The notes: generated by a model not told the origin, from the sequence alone. A DNA stretch of 64,000 bases from Planctomycetota bacterium (GCA_044222185.1 JBGANV010000011.1:1-64000); one strand, 5' to 3'; positions 1-10,189 are shown, counted from the first letter of the stretch. A program made the numbers and translations.

Positions 1-3000
1 ACGTCCAAGTGACCGTACGGGTGGCCGGGACGGCAGCGTTGCCGCAGCCATCCGACACCGTCCACGTGCGGGTCTGCGACGCGATGCAGCCGGTGAGCGA
101 CACGGTCGAGTCCGTCGACGTCGGCGTGACGGGGCCACAGTTGTCGGTGGCCGTCGCCGTGCCGAGCGCCGCTTCGATCTCAGCCGAGGTCGGGTTGCAG
201 CCGAGCTGCAGCGTGGTGCCCGCGGCCGTGATCACCGGGACCGTCGTATCCGAGGTCCACGTCACCGTACGCGTGGCCGGGATCGCCGCGTTGCCGCAGC
301 CGTCGGAGACCGTCCACGTACGCGTCTGCGACGCGGTGCAACCGGTCAGCGACACCGTCGAGTCCGTCGACGTCGGCGTCACCGGACCACAGTTGTCGGT
401 GGCGGTCGCAGTGCCAAGGGCCGCGTCGATCTCCGCCGAGGTCGGGTTGCAGCCGAGCTGCAACGTGGTGCCCGCGGCCGTGATCACCGGGACGGTCGTG
501 TCCGACGTCCAAGTGACCGTACGGGTGGCCGGGACGGCAGCGTTGCCGCAGCCATCCGACACCGTCCACGTGCGGGTCTGCGACGCGATGCAGCCGGTGA
601 GCGACACGGTCGAGTCCGTCGACGTCGGGGTGACGGGGCCACAGTTGTCGGTGGCCGTCGCCGTGCCGAGGGCGGCTTCGATCCCAGCCGAGGTCGGGTT
701 GCAGCCGAGCTGCAGCGTCGTGCCAACCGCAGTGATCACCGGGACCGTCGTGTCCGAGGTCCACGTCACAGTACGCGTGGCCGGGATCGCCGCGTTGCCG
801 CAGCCATCGGAGACCGTCCACGTGCGGGTCTGAGAGGCCGTGCAGCCAGTGAGCGACACGGTCGAGTCCGTCGACGTCGGCGTGACCGGACCACAGTTGT
901 CCGTGGCGGTCGCCGTGCCGAGCGCGGCTTCGATCTCAGCCGAGGTCGGGTTGCAGCCGAGCTGCAAGGTGGTGCCAACCGCGGTGATGACCGGGACCGT
1001 CGTGTCCGAGGTCCACGTCACAGTACGCGTGGCCGGGATCGCCGCGTTGCCGCAGCCGTCGGAGACCGTCCACGTACGCGTCTGCGACGCGGTGCAACCG
1101 GTCAGCGACACCGTCGAGTCGGTCGCGGCCGGCGTCACCGGACCACAGTTGTCCGTGGCGGTCGCCGTGCCGAGGGCGGCTTCGATTTCAGCCGAGGTCG
1201 GGTTGCAGCCGAGCTGCAGGGTCGTGCCAACCGCGGTGATCACCGGGACCGTCGTGTCCGAGGTCCAAGTGACCGTACGGGTGGCCGGGACGGCCGCGTT
1301 GCCGCAGCCATCGGACACCGTCCACGTGCGGGTCTGAGACGCGATGCAGCCAGTCAGCGACACCGTCGAGTCCGTCGACGTCGGCGTCACCGGACCACAG
1401 TTGTCGGTGGCGGTCGCAGTGCCAAGGGCCGCTTCGATCTCCGCCGAGGTCGGGTTGCAGCCGAGCTGCAACGTGGTGCCCGCGGCCGTGATCACCGGGA
1501 CGGTCGTGTCCGACGTCCAAGTGACCGTACGGGTGGCCGGGACGGCCGCGTTGCCGCAGCCATCGGACACCGTCCACGTGCGCGTCTGCGAAGCCGTGCA
1601 GCCAGTGAGCGACACGGTCGAGTCCGTCGACGTCGGCGTGACCGGGCCACAGTTGTCCGTGGCCGTCGCCGTGCCGAGCGCCGCTTCGATCTCCGCCGAG
1701 GTCGGGTTGCAGCCGAGCTGCAACGTGATGCCAACCGCGGTGATGACCGGAACCGTCGTATCCGACGTCCAAGTGACCGTACGGGTGGCCGGGACGGCCG
1801 CGTTGCCGCAGGCATCCGACACCGTCCACGTGCGGGTCTGGGACGCGGTGCAGCCGGTGAGCGACACGGTCGAGTCCGTCGACGTCGGGGTGACGGGGCC
1901 ACAGTTGTCGGTGGCCGTCGCCGTGCCGAGCGCCGCTTCGATTTCAGCCGAGGTCGGGTTGCAGCCGAGCTGCAGCGTGGTGCCCGCGGCCGTGATCACC
2001 GGGACCGTCGTGTCCGAGGTCCACGTCACCGTGCGGGTCGCCGGAACCGCCGCGTTGCCGCAGCCATCCGACACCGTCCACGTGCGGGTCTGCGAGGCCG
2101 TGCAGCCGGTGAGCGACACCGTCGAGTCGGTCGACGTCGGCGTGACCGGGCCACAGTTGTCGGTGGCGGTCGCCGTGCCGAGGGCCGCTTCGATTTCAGC
2201 CGAGGTCGGGTTGCAGCCGAGCTGCAGGGTCGTGCCAACCGCGGTGATGACCGGGACCGTCGTGTCGGAGGTCCACGTCACCGTGCGCGTCGCCGGAACC
2301 GCCGCGTTGCCGCAGCCATCCGACACCGTCCACGTGCGCGTCTGCGAGGCCGTGCAACCGGTCAGCGACACGGTCGAATCGGTCGACGTCGGGGTGACCG
2401 GGCCACAGTTGTCCGTGGCCGTCGCCGTGCCGAGGGCGGCTTCGATTTCAGCCGAGGTCGGGTTGCAGCCGAGCTGCAGCGTCGTGCCCACCGCGGTGAT
2501 CACGGGGACCGTCGTGTCCGAGGTCCAGGTGACCGTGCGGGTCGCCGGGACGGCCGCGTTGCCGCAAGCATCCGATACCGTCCACGTGCGGGTCTGCGAC
2601 GCGGTGCAGCCGGTGAGCGACACGGTCGAGTCCGTCGACGTCGGCGTGACCGGGCCACAGTTGTCCGTGGCGGTCGCGGTGCCAAGGGCGGCTTCGATCT
2701 CCGCCGAGGTCGGGTTGCAGCCAAGCTGCAACGTGGTGCCAACCGCAGTGATCACCGGGACCGTCGTGTCCGACGTCCAAGTGACCGTGCGGGTCGCCGG
2801 GACGGCAGCGTTGCCGCAGGCATCCGACACCGTCCACGTGCGGGTCTGCGACGCGATGCAGCCAGTCAGCGACACCGTCGAGTCCGTCGACGTCGGGGTG
2901 ACGGGGCCACAGTTGTCGGTGGCCGTCGCCGTGCCGAGCGCCGCTTCGATCTCTGCCGAGGTCGGGTTGCAGCCGAGCTGCAACGTGGTGCCAACCGCGG

Positions 3001-5545
3001 TGATGACCGGAACCGTCGTATCCGACGTCCAAGTGACCGTACGGGTGGCCGGGACGGCCGCGTTGCCGCAGGCATCCGAGACCGTCCACGTACGCGTCTG
3101 CGACGCGGTGCAACCGGTCAGCGACACCGTCGAGTCCGTCGACGTCGGCGTGACCGGGCCACAGTTGTCGGTACCCGTTGCCGTGCCGAGGGCCGCCTCG
3201 ATCTCCGCCGAGGTCGGGTTGCAGCCGAGCTGCAGGGTCGTGCCAACCGCGGTGATGACCGGGACCGTCGTATCCGAGGTCCAAGTCACCGTGCGAGTCG
3301 CCGGGACGGCCGCGTTGCCGCAGGCATCCGACACCGTCCACGTGCGGGTCTGGGAGGCCGTGCAGCCAGTGAGCGACACGGTCGAATCGGTCGACGTCGG
3401 GGTGACCGGGCCACAGTTGTCGGTAGCCGTCGCCGTGCCAAGGGCCGCTTCGATCTCAGCCGAGGTCGGGTTGCAGCCGAGCTGCAGCGTCGTGCCCGTA
3501 GGCGTGATCACAGGGGCGGTGGTGTCCGAGGTCCACGTCACCGTGCGGGTCGCCGGAACCGCCGCGTTGCCGCAGCCATCCGACACCGTCCACGTGCGCG
3601 TCTGCGACGCGGTGCAGCCGGTGAGCGACACGGTCGAGTCCGTCGACGTCGGGGTGACGGGGCCACAGTTGTCGGTGGCCGTCGCCGTGCCGAGCGCCGC
3701 TTCGATCTCTGCCGAGGTCGGGTTGCAGCCGAGCTGCAACGTGGTGCCAACCGCGGTGATCACGGGGACCGTCGTGTCCGAGGTCCACGTCACCGTGCGC
3801 GTGGCCGGGACCGCCGCGTTGCCGCAAGCATCCGACACCGTCCACGTGCGGGTCTGCGACGCCGTGCAGCCAGTGAGCGACACCGTCGAGTCGGTCGACG
3901 TCGGCGTAACGGGGCCACAGTTGTCCGTGGCCGTCGCCGTGCCGAGCGCCGCTTCGATCGCAGCCGTCGTCGGGTTGCAGCCGAGCTGCAGGGTCGTGCC
4001 CACCGCGGTAATGACCGGGACCGTCGTGTCGGAGGTCCAAGTGACCGTGCGGGTCGCCGGGACGGCAGCGTTGCCGCAGCCATCGGACACCGTCCACGTG
4101 CGCGTCTGCGACGCGGTGCAGCCAGTCAGCGACACCGTCGAGTCCGTCGCGGCCGGCGTCACCGGACCACAGTTGTCCGTGGCGGTCGCCGTGCCGAGCG
4201 CCGCTTCGATTTCAGCCGAGGTCGGGTTGCAGCCGAGCTGCAGCGTCGTGCCAACCGCGGTGATCACCGGCACCGTCGTATCCGAGGTCCACGTCACCGT
4301 GCGGGTCGCCGGGATCGCCGCGTTGCCGCAAGCATCCGACACCGTCCACGTGCGGGTCTGCGAACGAGCGCAGCCCGTCGCCGTCACGGTCGAGTCGGTT
4401 GAGGTCGGCGTGACCGCACCACAGTTGTCGGTAGCGGTCGCCGAGCCGAGCGCGGCTTCGATGGCTGCCACCGACGGGTTGCACCCGAGTGTCAACGTCG
4501 TGCCCGTCGCCGTGATCACAGGCGCCGTCGTGTCCGACGTCCAGGTCACCGTGCGCGTGGCCGGCGTCGCCGCGTTGCCGCAGGCATCGGTCGCCGTGAA
4601 GGTGCGGGTCTGGGAGCGCGCGCAGCCATTCGACGTGATCGTCGAATCGGTTGCGCTCGGGGTCACCGACCCGCAGTTATCGGTCGCCGTCGCTGATCCG
4701 AGCGCGGCATCGATCTGCGTTTGAGACGGATTGCACCCGAGAGTGAGCGTGCTGCCCGTCGCCGTGATCACCGGGGCCGTCGTGTCGACAGTCCACGTGA
4801 CCGTGCGAGAGGCCGGCGCCGCAGCGTTGCCGCAGCCGTCCGCCGCCGTCCAGGTGCGCGTCTGTGACCGGCCGCAGCCAGTCGACGTCACGCTGGACGT
4901 GGACGCACTCGGCGTCACCGAGCCACAGTTGTCGGTCGCCGTCGCAGATCCCAGCGCGGCATCGATCTGCGTCTGCGTCGGGTTGCACCCGAGCGTCAAT
5001 GTCGTGCCCGTCGCGGTGATGACCGGGGGCGTGGTATCCGACGTCCAGGTCACGGTGCGCGAAACCGGCGTCGCCGCGTTGCCGCAGGCGTCCGTCACCG
5101 TCCAGGTCCGGGTCTGCGACCGGCCGCAGCCAGTCGACGTCACGCTGGACGTGGACGCGCTCGGCGTCACAGGACCACAGTTGTCGGTCGCCGTCGCCGA
5201 TCCCAGCGCGGCATCGATCTGCGTCTGCGTCGGATTGCAGCCGAGCGCCAGCGTCGTACCCGTCGCCGTGATCACCGGCGCGGTCGTGTCGACCGTCCAC
5301 GTGACCGTTCGGGAGACGGGCGTCGCGGCGTGGCCGCAGGCATCCGTCACGTTGAACGTGCGGGTCTGTGATCGCGAGCAACCGCTCGAGGTCACGGACG
5401 AGTCACTGGACGTCGGCGTCACGGGACCGCAGTTGTCGATGCCCGTCGCCGTGCCCAGGGCCGCGTTGATCTGCGCCGGCGATGGGTTGCAACCGAGCGT
5501 CAGCGTCGTCCCCGTCGCGGTGAGCGTCGGGGCCATGGTGTCGTT
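1..5545 (-). repeat. Intragenic tandem repeat, 252-bp period, about 22 copies in window
   Basis: Anchor GTGAT(C/G)ACCGG-like motif recurs at about 228, 480, 732, 984 ... 5268, 5520; units left of about 4260 near-identical, units 4260-5545 more diverged. Confidence 0.95.
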
Positions 5546-7141
5546 CACGACGATCGTCTGCGTGAAGCTCGACGAGTTGCCGCAGTGATCGGAAACGGTG
5601 TAGACGCGCGTCACGACGCCGCCGCAGATGTTCGTGCAGGCGCCGGGCACTCCCCCGGCCAGAACCTGGGCGAGGATGTACTGGTTCGCGGCTGGAGCCA
5701 GGATCACGCCGACGTACTGGTTGCAGCCCGGCACGAATCCCTCGTGGGACGCCGCTGCCGCGAGGATCTCAGTCACGTGGCACTGTGTCCACGTCCCCAG
5801 ACCCGACGTCGATTGGGTGTCCTCGAGCAGCTCCCAGATCGCGCGTTGAACGTCCCCGTAGGTGTACGTTCCGCCGCACGGCGACGACTGCCCCTGGAAT
5901 CCGTGGTTGATGATCCAGTTGACGAGATCGAGGTTCTCCGGGTGCTCGATGAGGCCCGGCGGAAGCGTCTCGAAGCTCGAGTACACGGTGGCCGTGTAGT
6001 TGGTGTTCGAGGAAATCGAGTGATCCGTATCGACGCACCAGCCGTCGTAGGTCCCATTCAGGATCCCGCCGTTGGTGATGGTGATGTCGAAGTAGCTCGG
6101 CGAGCCGAAGGGAGCGTTCGGCGGGGTGACGACGTTGATCGTCGCCGTGTTGGGCAGGGCCGCGTTGAACCCCGGCACGCTGAGGTAGGGCCCGTTCACC
6201 GGCTGGAATCCGCTGTCGCTCGTCAGCGTCTTGATCAGCGATGAGTCACACGCGTCCGTCGCGCCGATGGCCGACGGATTGGCAGCGGGCACGTTGCCCT
6301 GGCACTCCACCGTCATGTCCGGGAGCGGCGAGGTGATCGTCGGCGCCGTCGTGTCCTGGACCGTGATGACCTGCGTGCAGGTCTGCGTCACGTTCACGGC
6401 GTTGATGATCGTGTACGTGCGCGCGATGGTGTAGTTGCCCGAGCAGTTCCCGGCCGTGATGCTGTCGGAGCTGCCGACGGTGACGGAGCAGGTGCTGTTG
6501 ATCGTGCCGCCTTGTGCGAGGAACGAGGCCTGGTCCGTGGCCGCCGCCGGGACGGAGCTGCAATCGACCGTCACGGCCGGCGGGCACGTCACCGTCGTCG
6601 TGCAACAGGTGATCGACGTGGGACTCGTGCAGCCCGAGCCGAAGGTCGATGCCCGCAGGTGCACCGCGCTCGCGCCGCCGTCGCTTCGGCGCGCACCGAG
6701 GCCCGTGTTCGAATTGCAGTTGGTCGTGCAATAGACGATCGGGTAGGTCTCGCAGGCGTTGGCCGGCATCACCACGGTGAACCGGTAGACGCCCGTCGAT
6801 TGCTTCGTCGCCGTGTAGCAGACGTTGCCGGTCGTCGCGTTCTTCACCATCACCTGGATCGTGCTGCCACTGCCGCAGTCATTCACGTTCGACAACGTGA
6901 CCTGGTACGACTTGCCGGGAACCACATCCCAGTTCTGGATGTTGTTGCCCGTGGGCCCGCTGACACAGCCGCCATTCGTCGGCACGACACTGGTGACTCG
7001 CCCGTTACCGAGCTGGGCGACGGCATTCGTTGCCGTCAGCACCAATAAGAGGGCGCACAGCGCTGATGCTGGCGAAAAGGGGCGTGAACGCGTCGGACGA
7101 TCGACCGACGTGACGAGATCAGCCAGGGGATTGGCTTTCAT
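1..7141 (-). CDS. Giant secreted repeat adhesin (3' end outside window): signal peptide, Cys-rich N-terminal domain, HYR-like units, TED-like insert, then >=22 tandem 84-aa four-Cys HYR-like repeats
   Basis: Not in the ORF track (no stop in window). Manual translation from ATG at 7141: MKANPLADL...ALCALLLVLTATNAVA/QLGNGRVTSVV...; in-frame checks at 6037 (WCVD), 5860 (YGDVQRAIW) and 5683 (NQYIL); repeat unit DTTVPVITAVGTTLQLGCNPTSAEIEAALGTATATDNCGPVTPTSTDSTVSLTGCTASQTRTWTVSDGCGNAAVPATRTVTWTS. Confidence 0.9.
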   Translation of the reverse strand, partial: MKANPLADLVTSVDRPTRSRPFSPASALCALLLVLTATNAVAQLGNGRVTSVVPTNGGCVSGPTGNNIQNWDVVPGKSYQVTLSNVNDCGSGSTIQVMVKNATTGNVCYTATKQSTGVYRFTVVMPANACETYPIVYCTTNCNSNTGLGARRSDGGASAVHLRASTFGSGCTSPTSITCCTTTVTCPPAVTVDCSSVPAAATDQASFLAQGGTINSTCSVTVGSSDSITAGNCSGNYTIARTYTIINAVNVTQTCTQVITVQDTTAPTITSPLPDMTVECQGNVPAANPSAIGATDACDSSLIKTLTSDSGFQPVNGPYLSVPGFNAALPNTATINVVTPPNAPFGSPSYFDITITNGGILNGTYDGWCVDTDHSISSNTNYTATVYSSFETLPPGLIEHPENLDLVNWIINHGFQGQSSPCGGTYTYGDVQRAIWELLEDTQSTSGLGTWTQCHVTEILAAAASHEGFVPGCNQYVGVILAPAANQYILAQVLAGGVPGACTNICGGVVTRVYTVSDHCGNSSSFTQTIVVNDTMAPTLTATGTTLTLGCNPSPAQINAALGTATGIDNCGPVTPTSSDSSVTSSGCSRSQTRTFNVTDACGHAATPVSRTVTWTVDTTAPVITATGTTLALGCNPTQTQIDAALGSATATDNCGPVTPSASTSSVTSTGCGRSQTRTWTVTDACGNAATPVSRTVTWTSDTTPPVITATGTTLTLGCNPTQTQIDAALGSATATDNCGSVTPSASTSSVTSTGCGRSQTRTWTAADGCGNAAAPASRTVTWTVDTTAPVITATGSTLTLGCNPSQTQIDAALGSATATDNCGSVTPSATDSTITSNGCARSQTRTFTATDACGNAATPATRTVTWTSDTTAPVITATGTTLTLGCNPSVAAIEAALGSATATDNCGAVTPTSTDSTVTATGCARSQTRTWTVSDACGNAAIPATRTVTWTSDTTVPVITAVGTTLQLGCNPTSAEIEAALGTATATDNCGPVTPAATDSTVSLTGCTASQTRTWTVSDGCGNAAVPATRTVTWTSDTTVPVITAVGTTLQLGCNPTTAAIEAALGTATATDNCGPVTPTSTDSTVSLTGCTASQTRTWTVSDACGNAAVPATRTVTWTSDTTVPVITAVGTTLQLGCNPTSAEIEAALGTATATDNCGPVTPTSTDSTVSLTGCTASQTRTWTVSDGCGNAAVPATRTVTWTSDTTAPVITPTGTTLQLGCNPTSAEIEAALGTATATDNCGPVTPTSTDSTVSLTGCTASQTRTWTVSDACGNAAVPATRTVTWTSDTTVPVITAVGTTLQLGCNPTSAEIEAALGTATGTDNCGPVTPTSTDSTVSLTGCTASQTRTWTVSDACGNAAVPATRTVTWTSDTTVPVITAVGTTLQLGCNPTSAEIEAALGTATATDNCGPVTPTSTDSTVSLTGCIASQTRTWTVSDACGNAAVPATRTVTWTSDTTVPVITAVGTTLQLGCNPTSAEIEAALGTATATDNCGPVTPTSTDSTVSLTGCTASQTRTWTVSDACGNAAVPATRTVTWTSDTTVPVITAVGTTLQLGCNPTSAEIEAALGTATATDNCGPVTPTSTDSTVSLTGCTASQTRTWTVSDGCGNAAVPATRTVTWTSDTTVPVITAVGTTLQLGCNPTSAEIEAALGTATATDNCGPVTPTSTDSTVSLTGCTASQTRTWTVSDGCGNAAVPATRTVTWTSDTTVPVITAAGTTLQLGCNPTSAEIEAALGTATATDNCGPVTPTSTDSTVSLTGCTASQTRTWTVSDACGNAAVPATRTVTWTSDTTVPVITAVGITLQLGCNPTSAEIEAALGTATATDNCGPVTPTSTDSTVSLTGCTASQTRTWTVSDGCGNAAVPATRTVTWTSDTTVPVITAAGTTLQLGCNPTSAEIEAALGTATATDNCGPVTPTSTDSTVSLTGCIASQTRTWTVSDGCGNAAVPATRTVTWTSDTTVPVITAVGTTLQLGCNPTSAEIEAALGTATATDNCGPVTPAATDSTVSLTGCTASQTRTWTVSDGCGNAAIPATRTVTWTSDTTVPVITAVGTTLQLGCNPTSAEIEAALGTATATDNCGPVTPTSTDSTVSLTGCTASQTRTWTVSDGCGNAAIPATRTVTWTSDTTVPVITAVGTTLQLGCNPTSAGIEAALGTATATDNCGPVTPTSTDSTVSLTGCIASQTRTWTVSDGCGNAAVPATRTVTWTSDTTVPVITAAGTTLQLGCNPTSAEIDAALGTATATDNCGPVTPTSTDSTVSLTGCTASQTRTWTVSDGCGNAAIPATRTVTWTSDTTVPVITAAGTTLQLGCNPTSAEIEAALGTATATDNCGPVTPTSTDSTVSLTGCIASQTRTWTVSDGCGNAAVPATRTVTWT

Positions 7142-7841
7142 GGTCAACGGCTCTCTGATGGTGAGCGACGTGGTCAGTGCAAGGACTTCCACGCACTCAC
7201 GGCCTCGGGCAGATTTCATGAGGGGCGCGGTTGGGTGAGAACGACGATGCGCGCCCGCAAGCGGCGGAGAAGTTAGTCCGATGACCGGGCCATCGACAAG
7301 TCCGTTGGCTTTTTGTGTTTCACCTCACGGACTCGGCCGCCGCTCGCGCACGACGTCACGTCGAAACGGACGCTCGCGCGCACGTTCCCCGCGCGCTCGA
7401 ATCCGTCCCCTGCCGCTGCGGTCTCCGTGCCGGCGTATCCACGGTATTCGCAGTCCGTTGCGTGGACGGGGATGGATGCCAGCCAACCACCTGGGATGCA
7501 TCGCGTGCGCCTGCGCTCGCGAATCACACGCGTGAAGCATTCACCGCGATTCGTCGCACGAGGGGCGAAGCCATCGACCCCGAGGTCGCTCGTCGACTTC
7601 ACGAATCGGAAAATCCTCGGGCGCTCGCGCGATGACGACGCACGACCCGCAACACGCGCCGCCTGCCGGAAGCGGATTCGCGGAGGCGGAAAATGCGCCC
7701 CACAGAAACTCCGCCGACCCGTGTTCCCGACGAACGGCGTCGTTGCGGGTCGGCCGCGCACCGCGACCGCTGCCCGATCGCGCCCCGGCCCCCTCGTCCG
7801 GCCCCCGCCGCCGTGCGACCGGGCGGCGCTGGCTTCGTGGC

Positions 7842-8993
7842 TCAGTACAAAGTGTAGGCCGTATTGCCTGGTGACGTCGGCAGGAAGTTGACCGTTTGGT
7901 TGGCGAGATTGAACGTGGTCGACGGCGGCGTCCAGATCTGATTCATGGACTCCATCACGCCGCCGACGTACGCGTTGCCGTTCAAACGACTGAGGATGTC
8001 GCCCGTCGGTGCACCCGGGCCGAACACCGTTACCGGCGACGCGAGGTTGCCACCCGGCGTGATGCCGCACATCCCGTCCTGCGCCGCAACGGCGCCATAC
8101 GTCATGGTGATCGCGCCGGTCACGAAGTTCAGGTTCATGCTGAACGTGTTCTGGTTCGAAACGGCAAACTCGGGGCAGTTCGTCCAGCTCACCGTCAAGG
8201 AACTGCCGTCATCGAAGCGCGTGAGCGCACTCGGGTTGACGGGATAGAGGTCGTCCCAGAAGAGCGAGATCCGCGGACTTCCGGAGTTGAAACCGGATTG
8301 GTTCTCGCCGAGGTTCGGATCGCCCGCATTGAACGTGATGTAGCCGTTGGAGCCGATGAACAGCTGGTCATGGGCGGTGCCGAAGAACGTGAACGTGTTG
8401 CAATTCGATAGGGCGACCTGTGTGTAGCAATCGTCGCAGTTCGAAACGCCGACCGGCGCCGTGTTGGGAAGCGGAGCCGCGGGGACGACCAGGCTGACAG
8501 CCGCACTCAACACGAACGTGGGAGCCGTGGGCGGAAGGAAGAGCGTCTGCAGGTTTGCGAGCGATTGGCCGGCCAGGCTGCAACCCCCACTCGCGACGAG
8601 CGTCGCCTGAAGGGACCGAAGCCCGGTCGTGCCCGTGGTGGCGATCGCGCCGATGATGTTCCCCTGGTTGTTGATGCCGTCGAGGACGATCGTGATCGGC
8701 GGGAACGCCAACGGCGCGATGTCCACGAAGCCGAACGGCGTGCCGACGCCGGGCGTGGCGATGGCGCCGCCGAGGTTCGGATCGGCGTTGAACAGCGTGA
8801 ACGGCGTATTCGCCCCACCACCGAAGTTGAGAGTGACAGTCTGAGGCGGCGAGACGCCGACGCTGAGCGGACCGGTGCTCGTCGTCGTACCGACACCGTT
8901 TACGGTCATGTACCCGACCGGCGAGTTGGGCTGCTGACCGACGCACGCACAAAGGACGATCCAGAACGAGTACAGAAGCCTCATGAGTTTCAT
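7842..8993 (-). CDS. Secreted protein with C-terminal nidogen (NIDO)-like domain, paralog 1 (383 aa)
   Basis: ATG 8993 with GAGGAG RBS; signal peptide MKLMRLLYSFWIVLCACVG/QQPNS; NIDO-like motifs CDDC..FTFFG..LFIGSNGYITF and ISLFWDDLYP. Confidence 0.8.
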   Translation of the reverse strand: MKLMRLLYSFWIVLCACVGQQPNSPVGYMTVNGVGTTTSTGPLSVGVSPPQTVTLNFGGGANTPFTLFNADPNLGGAIATPGVGTPFGFVDIAPLAFPPITIVLDGINNQGNIIGAIATTGTTGLRSLQATLVASGGCSLAGQSLANLQTLFLPPTAPTFVLSAAVSLVVPAAPLPNTAPVGVSNCDDCYTQVALSNCNTFTFFGTAHDQLFIGSNGYITFNAGDPNLGENQSGFNSGSPRISLFWDDLYPVNPSALTRFDDGSSLTVSWTNCPEFAVSNQNTFSMNLNFVTGAITMTYGAVAAQDGMCGITPGGNLASPVTVFGPGAPTGDILSRLNGNAYVGGVMESMNQIWTPPSTTFNLANQTVNFLPTSPGNTAYTLY

Positions 8994-9034
8994 CGTCTCT
9001 CTCCTCGAAGCGCGGGTCGGTCGTCTCTCCAGCC

Positions 9035-10189
9035 TCAGTACAGCGTGTACGCCGTGAAGGTCGGGTTGTTCGGCGTGAAGTGAACGACCTGGTTGGCGAG
9101 GTTGAACGTCGTCGTCGGCGGCGACCAGAGTTCGTTCATCGATTCGAGCGCTCCGCCGACGTAGGCGTTCGCGCCCAGGTGACTGACGATCGTGCCGAGG
9201 GGACTCGTGGGCGAGAACACGGAAACCGGGCTCGCGAGCGAGCCGCCGCGCGTGATGCCGCACATGCCGTCCTGGGCCGCCACCGCGCCGTAGGTCATCG
9301 TGATCGTCCCCGTCGCGTAGTCGAGGTTGATCGCGAACGTGTTCTGGTTCGCGAAGGCGAACTCGGGGCAGGCGTTCCAGCTGACCGTGAGCGAGGTGCC
9401 GTCGTCATACTTCGTGAGCGTGCCCACGGCGACCGGATAGAGGTCGTCCCAGAACACCGAGATCCGGGGCAAACCCGAGTTGAACGTCGCCTGGTTCTCC
9501 CCCAGGCTCGAGTCGCCGCCGCCGAACGTGATGTACCCGTTCGACCCGACGTAGAGGCTCGTGTACGCGGTGCCGAAGAACGTGAACGAGTTGCAGCCGG
9601 CGAGCGTGACCTGCTGCCAGCAGTCGTCGCAGTGAAGCACGTCGACGGGTGCTGTGTCCGGGAGCGGTGTCGGTGCGAACACGACGGATGTCGCAGCCGA
9701 GAGGACCGGCGAGGGCGACGCAGGTGAGAGGAAGAGTGTCTGGAGGTTGCCGAGGACGCTGGCCGCGGAACCGCACGGCACGCCGTTCTGGCCCACCGTG
9801 ATCGTGAACGTCGTCGACCCCGTCGTTCCGGTCATGGCTAGCGCGCCGAGTATGTTCCCCGGGTTGTTGATCCCGTCCAACACGATCTCGATGGGCGGAA
9901 ACGCGACCGGACCGATGTTCACGGTCCCGAACGGCGTCGCGAGGCCGGGAGCCAGCAGCCCCCCTCCGAACGACGGGTTCGCGTTGAACACCGTGAATGG
10001 TGTCAGCGGGGAACTGCTGAAGACCATGCTCATGTTGGCCTGCACCTGCGTCTGCACGACGAAGGGACCGACGAGCGGGCTCCCCCCCACGCTGTTGATC
10101 ACCATGCTCGCACCCGGTGAGTTCGCTTGCTGCGCCGTGCCGCACGCCACGACCAAGGCCCCGACCACCAACATCCGTAGACCTGACAT
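9035..10189 (-). CDS. Secreted NIDO-like protein, paralog 2 (384 aa)
   Basis: ATG 10189 with GGAGG RBS; MSGLRMLVVGALVVACGTA/QQANS; FTFFGTAYTSLYVGSNGYITF, ISVFWDDLYP; colinear with 7842..8993. Confidence 0.8.
   Translation of the reverse strand: MSGLRMLVVGALVVACGTAQQANSPGASMVINSVGGSPLVGPFVVQTQVQANMSMVFSSSPLTPFTVFNANPSFGGGLLAPGLATPFGTVNIGPVAFPPIEIVLDGINNPGNILGALAMTGTTGSTTFTITVGQNGVPCGSAASVLGNLQTLFLSPASPSPVLSAATSVVFAPTPLPDTAPVDVLHCDDCWQQVTLAGCNSFTFFGTAYTSLYVGSNGYITFGGGDSSLGENQATFNSGLPRISVFWDDLYPVAVGTLTKYDDGTSLTVSWNACPEFAFANQNTFAINLDYATGTITMTYGAVAAQDGMCGITRGGSLASPVSVFSPTSPLGTIVSHLGANAYVGGALESMNELWSPPTTTFNLANQVVHFTPNNPTFTAYTLY

Noticed and set aside
1-5545. Regular repeats as a possible CRISPR array or satellite
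   Set aside because: Period 252 bp with no unique spacers, multiple of 3, variation mostly synonymous: coding repeat
9-5588. Long plus-strand ORFs (e.g. 1344..4724, 1126 aa) and other-frame minus ORFs over the repeat array
   Set aside because: Antisense or off-frame shadows of the minus-strand adhesin; broken by sporadic TGA stops, while the minus frame from 7141 has a signal peptide and coherent domains
7265-7340. Weak resemblance of minus-strand AAAGCCAACGGAC...GATGGCCCGG to a c-di-GMP-I riboswitch upstream of the adhesin
   Set aside because: GGCAAA/GAAA P1-P2 elements not found and stems too short; would need an Rfam scan
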